A program made the translations under genes and the position numbers. The notes under the pieces were generated by a model. It was not told the DNA's origin, did not search any database, and worked only from the letters and a program-made list of their open reading frames with translations. From a virus, in IMG/VR virus record IMGVR_UViG_3300036715_000875, positions 10,884 to 74,883 of that record: a stretch of DNA of 64,000 bases. One strand, given 5' to 3'. The stretch's first letter is position 1; each line of letters starts with the position of its first letter. Shown here in pieces: positions 59,289-64,000 of this stretch.

Positions 59289-59825
59289 TTAGAAGTTCTT
59301 ATAACGTATGGCTAGCACACGCTGAGCATAGGTTCTACCCATAGGTGAGTAGCCTTTATAATGAGTTAACGCTTCAAGGTAGTTACCTTTGGACTCTTTA
59401 AGGTAATAGGATAGTATCCAGGCAGCTGCGTAAATATTACCTCGCTCAGTATAAGGGTCGTATGGGCACTCCTCTTTCCAAACCGGCGCATTAATACCTG
59501 CTAAGCCGACCCAGTCTTTATTCGCATGATGACACGGCTTAAACTCAGACTCTGAGTAAATGAGTGCGGCTAGGACCTTATAAGATACTTTGCTCTCCTC
59601 AGCAGCCTTAAGTACGTGCATTGCCTGTTCTCTAGTCCGGGCTAGTTCCATTACACTAGTAACCTTGGCTGCGTAAGACTCTTGGGCTTTAGTCTCGGCT
59701 TGCTTAGTAACATTAACCTTCTCAACGGCAACTACTTCCTCATTTACCTGAGTACTTTTATTATGCTCCATAACTATATAGCCAAGGGCCATAATAGCGC
59801 ATACAGATAGAATTACTTTAATCAT
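59289..59825 (-). CDS. Lytic transglycosylase (SLT domain) with N-terminal TM segment
   Basis: ALIYSESEF (catalytic Glu), GLAGIN, NIYAAAWIL, ALTHYKG...YA.RV. Confidence 0.82.
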   Translation of the reverse strand: MIKVILSVCAIMALGYIVMEHNKSTQVNEEVVAVEKVNVTKQAETKAQESYAAKVTSVMELARTREQAMHVLKAAEESKVSYKVLAALIYSESEFKPCHHANKDWVGLAGINAPVWKEECPYDPYTERGNIYAAAWILSYYLKESKGNYLEALTHYKGYSPMGRTYAQRVLAIRYKNF

Positions 59826-60312
59826 AAAGCTCCTTTGGTAACAATATTATATCACAAGTTAATAGGTCATTCCCTTGTGACTTATTTAGTTTGATAATAT
59901 TATTTGCTAACTTAGAGCCATAGATAGTAAGCTCTACGTGTTTTGTCAAGCTATGAGATATCTTACTTTTAGCTGGTTCTCCCCACATATCTCTAGAGAG
60001 AAACATACTCCAGCTATCCATAGACTTAAAGTTATTACTTTCTTTGGCCATATAGGCTGCTAATTGAGATTGAGAAACACCTAAGCAGTCTTTAAATACC
60101 CAGTATAGGCTATTTGTATTGTAGTGGTAGCTGGCGTGTTCAATAGTATCATACCTCATTAGAATATCAATATCAACATAGCTCTGTTTTCCATCGACCT
60201 TATACCAAGGTGGTTGTACCCCATGAAACTTCTTATAAACATGAACATGCTGAGCGATAGTGGCTAATGACATTATACCCATAGTGACTATCTCTTGGCT
60301 TGGTCTGAACAT
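59818..60312 (-). CDS. Hypothetical protein
   Basis: 164-aa coupled ORF. Confidence 0.6.
   Translation of the reverse strand: MFRPSQEIVTMGIMSLATIAQHVHVYKKFHGVQPPWYKVDGKQSYVDIDILMRYDTIEHASYHYNTNSLYWVFKDCLGVSQSQLAAYMAKESNNFKSMDSWSMFLSRDMWGEPAKSKISHSLTKHVELTIYGSKLANNIIKLNKSQGNDLLTCDIILLPKELYD
59846..59859 (-). promoter_or_regulatory. Extended -10 promoter ACTTGTGATATAAT
   Basis: Upstream of the lytic transglycosylase, inside the previous gene's 3' end. Confidence 0.7.
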
Positions 60313-60512
60313 TACTCTTCCAAAAGCTTACAAGATTCTCTACTGAATACATAGCCCATCTCATAGTCTACAATATCTTCTTTATAGACTGTGTAGTCTG
60401 TGAGTGCTTTTCTCACTCCAAAATCTTCACATACCATTGGCGGTTGACTTGGCTTATTTTGGCACCCTAGAAAGGTCATTGAGATTAACAGTAGTATTGA
60501 GGTCTTTAACAT
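60312..60512 (-). CDS. Small lipoprotein
   Basis: MLKTSILLLISMTFLGC: signal peptide plus lipobox; AGGAG RBS. Confidence 0.7.
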   Translation of the reverse strand: MLKTSILLLISMTFLGCQNKPSQPPMVCEDFGVRKALTDYTVYKEDIVDYEMGYVFSRESCKLLEE

Positions 60513-60531
60513 ATTTGGCTCCTATAGTATT

Positions 60532-60717
60532 TTAGTCATTGTTTGTATTCATACTTTGCTCATGAGCATAGGCGTCTTTGGGTATCTGCCTTACTTGAAC
60601 AACATTATCTGGCCAGAAGCCATACCGCTCACGACATATAGCCTTAGCTTGAGCTACTCCTACAGCTGTAACTACCCACACTTGATTTGAAGTGCTAACT
60701 GTACAATGATAGGTCAT
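60532..60717 (-). CDS. Hypothetical early protein
   Basis: 61 aa, overlaps the upstream stop. Confidence 0.55.
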   Translation of the reverse strand: MTYHCTVSTSNQVWVVTAVGVAQAKAICRERYGFWPDNVVQVRQIPKDAYAHEQSMNTNND

Positions 60718-61091
60718 AGCTGTGCCCAGATTTCTAAGATTTCTGATAGATATACTAACTCTTGAGTAACATTATCTACTTGGCTTGATATCAAGGCTAG
60801 AAGTGTGGCCTCAAGGTCTCTATCCTCAAAGGCTGTCCAGACGTACTCTGCAAGCTGAAAGTTGTTCTCTAGATCAGTATTGGTAGAGAACTGGATAAAG
60901 CCAGAGAATAAGAAATACCCAATAGGGCAAGTCTTACTCATATTGTTAACCATGTATACACAGATGACTGCTTTCCACTGGTCTTTCAATGTGGCATGTG
61001 GTACAAGCCGACGAGCAAGACTCAATGGTCTGCCATCACTTACGATAAAGGCAAGTAGCTCTGGCGTCACCGGCGCCCATGACTTAATCAT
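60714..61091 (-). CDS. Hypothetical early protein
   Basis: 125 aa, ATGA overlap. Confidence 0.6.
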   Translation of the reverse strand: MIKSWAPVTPELLAFIVSDGRPLSLARRLVPHATLKDQWKAVICVYMVNNMSKTCPIGYFLFSGFIQFSTNTDLENNFQLAEYVWTAFEDRDLEATLLALISSQVDNVTQELVYLSEILEIWAQL

Positions 61092-61300
61092 ACGTAGTCT
61101 CTACAGTCTACTTCAAAGCTTTCGCCCTCGACGATGACTGTTGCTGTATTTGGCCACTCACTCGTGTCTTCACCAAACATATCAATCAATTGGTCTTGTA
61201 CATCGTCAAAGTCCGATGGCTCTAGCTCTATCATTTCGATATCGATACCACGGTTCCCGTCAGCATCAGCCCCATAATTTTTTTCAGTCCAACGTAACAT
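61088..61300 (-). CDS. Acidic hypothetical early protein
   Basis: ATG 61300 with AAGGAGG RBS and own promoter; YGADADGNRG motif. Confidence 0.7.
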   Translation of the reverse strand: MLRWTEKNYGADADGNRGIDIEMIELEPSDFDDVQDQLIDMFGEDTSEWPNTATVIVEGESFEVDCRDYV

Positions 61301-61325
61301 CTCAGCCTCCTTATTTGTTCTTATA

Positions 61326-61339
61326 ATTATACCACGAGT
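61326..61339 (-). promoter_or_regulatory. Extended -10 promoter ACTCGTGGTATAAT
   Basis: Upstream of the gene starting at 61300. Confidence 0.75.
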
Positions 61340-61358
61340 TCTACACTCATTACTTGTG

Positions 61359-61577
61359 CTAGCTAAATGGGTCGAAGTCAGCAATCTCTTGAAGACGGGC
61401 TGTAAGACCCTTAGGATTATTTTTACCTTTACGTTCTAGCATCTTAGCTACATTAAGGGCATACCGGCAGGGCATTGAGGAGAAGGCTATTAGCCCTTCC
61501 TTACCTTTCCAATAAAGCTCTGGGTCATAATACTGGTCATTCCAGGCATCTTCAGTCATCATCATATCATCAAACAT
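61359..61577 (-). CDS. Hypothetical early protein
   Basis: 72 aa, AAGGTG RBS. Confidence 0.6.
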   Translation of the reverse strand: MFDDMMMTEDAWNDQYYDPELYWKGKEGLIAFSSMPCRYALNVAKMLERKGKNNPKGLTARLQEIADFDPFS

Positions 61578-61581
61578 TTTA

Positions 61582-61794
61582 TCACCTTACTACCCTATAC
61601 CAGTCATCGGCTACTTTGGCATACAGTATCTCACTAACATAGACTGAGCCTATTTCATCGAAGTAGCCATTGACTCCTAATACACGGACCATACGGAGAC
61701 CTCCACGCATGTTATCATACATCTCGGCTTCTCGGCCACCTGTGAGTCGTAGGACTGTGCCTTTCTTAACGTCATTACTTTTGACTTCATTCAT
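61582..61794 (-). CDS. Hypothetical early protein (SH3-like beta pattern)
   Basis: 70 aa, AAGGAG RBS. Confidence 0.65.
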   Translation of the reverse strand: MNEVKSNDVKKGTVLRLTGGREAEMYDNMRGGLRMVRVLGVNGYFDEIGSVYVSEILYAKVADDWYRVVR

Positions 61795-62153
61795 TGGACT
61801 ACTCCTTCTAGTGAAGATAGGTCTAAGGGAATATTCTCTGTCACTTGGACTTCTATACGATTGACATAGAGTTTCATCTGGTTAGACTTCCATTTTAGGA
61901 GTTCAGCATCACTGGCCTCAGCATTGTCATCATCGACCATTACATCATAGAAAAGGGTATCGCCATCCACTACTGAAAAGGCCATGTCAAACTTGTAGTA
62001 GAGGACATTAGAAAAGTACTTGTGTATGGCATCACCTGGGTCATTGGCCTCGATAGTCCTACTCTCTTTATACCAGTTAACTTGGGCACCTTCACCTTGC
62101 TCAAAGTCATCTTCACTGATGATATGAGTCGAGCGTACGAAATATGTTTTCAT
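61791..62153 (-). CDS. Acidic hypothetical early protein
   Basis: 120 aa, AAGGA RBS. Confidence 0.65.
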   Translation of the reverse strand: MKTYFVRSTHIISEDDFEQGEGAQVNWYKESRTIEANDPGDAIHKYFSNVLYYKFDMAFSVVDGDTLFYDVMVDDDNAEASDAELLKWKSNQMKLYVNRIEVQVTENIPLDLSSLEGVVQ

Positions 62154-62166
62154 CTTTTTTCCTTGC

Positions 62167-62358
62167 TTAGAGTTTTACTTGGTTAGCCGGCTTGAGTATT
62201 TCCATAATGGCAATGACATGGGCAACTTTAATGTTATGTACTTCACAGTATGCTAGTATAGCATCAGATACTGTAATGTCCTCTGTTGTATTAGGATATA
62301 ATAATATATCCCGACGAATTACTGCTGGAAGTTTAGCCAGATCAACCTTGAGCTCCAT
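62167..62358 (-). CDS. Hypothetical early protein
   Basis: 63 aa, AGGAGG RBS. Confidence 0.6.
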   Translation of the reverse strand: MELKVDLAKLPAVIRRDILLYPNTTEDITVSDAILAYCEVHNIKVAHVIAIMEILKPANQVKL

Positions 62359-62696
62359 TAGAATCCTCCTACTTGGGTAGCGATCATAAAGAGACTTATA
62401 GCCCCATCATGAATTTTCTCAGAATAAACAGCACCGCCGTAAACATTTACTGTGGCCTCACACCAGTCTTGTCCTTCCTTTAACACGAAAGTATTTGATA
62501 GCCTTGAATTATAGGAATAGAAACCCATTACTTCGTGTGTATAAGGTATACGCATAAGGCGTAAGGCATCCGCCTCGATGAATTGTAGATGCTCATCATA
62601 CAATGGATTATCATACGTTTTAATTAGGGCTGTTGCCAGCGCCTGTTCCATTTTGGTTGTGGCGCAAACATAGCGCTCAATTAATGCTCGGTTCAT
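62358..62696 (-). CDS. Hypothetical early protein
   Basis: 112 aa, AAGGAG RBS. Confidence 0.65.
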   Translation of the reverse strand: MNRALIERYVCATTKMEQALATALIKTYDNPLYDEHLQFIEADALRLMRIPYTHEVMGFYSYNSRLSNTFVLKEGQDWCEATVNVYGGAVYSEKIHDGAISLFMIATQVGGF

Positions 62697-62699
62697 AGT

Positions 62700-62888
62700 T
62701 TACTCCTTTTCGTATCCATCGAACCAAGGTCCGTGTTTTCTAGTTCGGGCTGTTCCTTTAGCGTCTGTACATGTTTGACTAGACGCATTAAGATTTGCAC
62801 AATGTGCTTGGGCCTCCTCTAATGTTAACCCGGTACTGATTACTCTACTACCTTTTTTGAAATAGAGTCTAATTATCTTGTATGCCAT
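62700..62888 (-). CDS. Hypothetical early protein
   Basis: 62 aa, AAGGAG RBS, promoter at 62911-62924; GLTLEEAQAHC motif. Confidence 0.7.
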   Translation of the reverse strand: MAYKIIRLYFKKGSRVISTGLTLEEAQAHCANLNASSQTCTDAKGTARTRKHGPWFDGYEKE

Positions 62889-62910
62889 TTGTCGCTCCTT
62901 ATATGCTGTA

Positions 62911-62924
62911 ATTATAACATAAGT
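62911..62924 (-). promoter_or_regulatory. Extended -10 promoter ACTTATGTTATAAT
   Basis: Upstream of the gene starting at 62888. Confidence 0.75.
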
Positions 62925-63060
62925 AAATGTGTAAGTTACTCTATCACTATAAAACTGCCAAATGTTTTTCGGCGACGCCCAATTTGTTGTTGTTAGATGT
63001 TTATGTTTGTTGTTTTATGTTCGTTGGGTGTGCCAATAACAGTGGCATTGCTTAAATCTG

Positions 63061-63212
63061 GCTTAAAGTATATATATTTCTGATTCATACGGTATAGCGT
63101 GCACGGTAGCGTGTTCGATAAATTAAAAAATAAAAATAGCTGCGCTGTGCGTTCGAAAAATCGCTACCGCTGCTCATTTTTGGTATGATTCATAAATCTA
63201 TATACTTTAAGC
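63061..63212. repeat. Nested inverted repeats sharing one dyad axis (63136/63137)
   Basis: 63061-63090 vs 63183-63212 (27/30 complementary); CGGTAGCG 63104-63111 vs CGCTACCG 63162-63169. Confidence 0.9.
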
Positions 63213-63251
63213 AAAGTTTAATTAATGCTGATTTGAGCGCTCGGTGTTCAG

Positions 63252-63401
63252 TTAGCGCTTTTTCTTGCGCTGTTCTTCCGCCTCACGCTTCAGGAGATGC
63301 CTCTGCTCCAGCCAAATGGCAATGTCCCAGGCACCACGCAGCGCCCAGTAGACCGACCATATCCATAGAATCGGGTAGAGAACCCCGGCGAGCAGCCCCA
63401 T
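63252..63401 (-). CDS. Small Trp-rich membrane peptide (49 aa, not in the ORF track)
   Basis: MGLLAGVLYPILWIWSVYWALRGAWDIAIWLEQRHLLKREAEEQRKKKR; starts 1 nt after the upstream stop. Confidence 0.55.
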   Translation of the reverse strand: MGLLAGVLYPILWIWSVYWALRGAWDIAIWLEQRHLLKREAEEQRKKKR

Positions 63402-63402
63402 A

Positions 63403-63807
63403 TTATTCGGCTACTTCAGGCTCTTTATGCTTACTCGTACGGATTAATAATCGATCAGGCAACTGCCAGTCGTCTCTTTTCTTTGACACATACGAGGCGA
63501 TTGACTTAGAACTTGTGTTAGCGCCAGGGATTAGCAGACGACAGGCTTCAGCCACAGTTTCATAGTTACAGGCAATACATTCTTCGTCTTGCAAGATTGC
63601 TTTGGCGACACTCTGAACTGTAATACCACGGGCTGGTGACTTTGACTCCGACTTAACGATCAACTCTACAAGCTGAGCCTTAGTTAACTTTGACAGTTCT
63701 TCTTCACGAGCACTTGTATCCGGGACCTCGACAGTTTCTACTCCGTCAACTAATGAGGCAAAACGCGTTGCCAACTCTTGGGCGGTATATTGGTTAATCT
63801 TTGACAT
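63403..63807 (-). CDS. Putative DNA-binding early protein, paralogue of 47339-47812
   Basis: AAGGA RBS, promoter at 63834-63847; LSKLTKAQLV motif and shared LQD...Y...A...T...SI..Y domain. Confidence 0.65.
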   Translation of the reverse strand: MSKINQYTAQELATRFASLVDGVETVEVPDTSAREEELSKLTKAQLVELIVKSESKSPARGITVQSVAKAILQDEECIACNYETVAEACRLLIPGANTSSKSIASYVSKKRDDWQLPDRLLIRTSKHKEPEVAE

Positions 63808-63833
63808 CTTATATCCTTTGTTTTGATACGATA

Positions 63834-63847
63834 ATTATATCGCAAGG
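63834..63847 (-). promoter_or_regulatory. Extended -10 promoter CCTTGCGATATAAT
   Basis: Upstream of the gene starting at 63807; adjacent palindrome at 63850-63872. Confidence 0.7.
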
Positions 63848-63912
63848 TAGAGACTCAAGACTCTTGAATCTCCTTTAGTCTTTTCAGACACTCATCTTGT
63901 TTTCGTAGAGAT

Positions 63913-63926
63913 ATTATGACACAAGT
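63913..63926 (-). promoter_or_regulatory. Extended -10 promoter variant ACTTGTGTCATAAT
   Basis: Tandem copy upstream of the 63834 promoter. Confidence 0.55.
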
Positions 63927-64000
63927 ATGTGAATCATTACTTTAAAGATTGATGGTAACAAGTGAGTCTTATATTACTCTAAGAGTATATTCATGTATGG

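Noticed and set aside
63061-63212. Protelomerase telRL site or IS/MITE ends
   Set aside because: The centre is not palindromic, and no protelomerase, transposase or target-site duplication is visible
1-64000. TAG stop-codon reassignment, suggested by abundant TAG trinucleotides
   Set aside because: Standard-code ORFs tile the window densely, conserved enzymes are intact, and TAG ends genes cleanly (e.g. 28700, 31989)

Overview
About 64 kb of an AT-rich, tailed dsDNA phage genome with siphovirus-type tail genes. No integrase, tRNA or CRISPR array was seen, and terminase and portal lie outside the window. The + strand (1-31989) is the late operon: end of the capsid gene, head-tail genes, tail tube, a frameshifted tail-chaperone pair, a 3702-aa tape measure, tail tip and fibre genes, a lysis cassette with a PLA2-like gene, and more virion genes. 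The - strand (31978-64000) carries SbcCD, a resolvase, nucleotide-metabolism genes, PolA, a 5' exonuclease, an SSB-like protein, a sigma factor, an SNF2 helicase, a primase-helicase, a dimeric dUTPase, a ligase, a second fibre-like module and small early genes. Extended -10 promoters, AAGGA ribosome-binding sites and the dUTPase type suggest a Campylobacterota host (inference). Main leads: (1) a ThyA homologue with the two substitutions known to switch the enzyme to dCMP (GLPFN->GLPYD, PCH->PCP), clustered with dCMP deaminase and DHFR, i.e. a candidate 5-methyl-dCMP pathway for dUMP-independent dTMP synthesis and/or 5mC-substituted DNA; (2) a sigma70 that ends just before its region 4.2 HTH, a separate Cys-rich region-4.2 gene 9 kb away, and a 10-copy ACTYRYRNTATAAT promoter motif; (3) a nested dyad-symmetry element centred at 63136/63137; (4) a multi-hairpin candidate ncRNA at 47114-47338. 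All calls come from reading motifs by eye; no searches were run.
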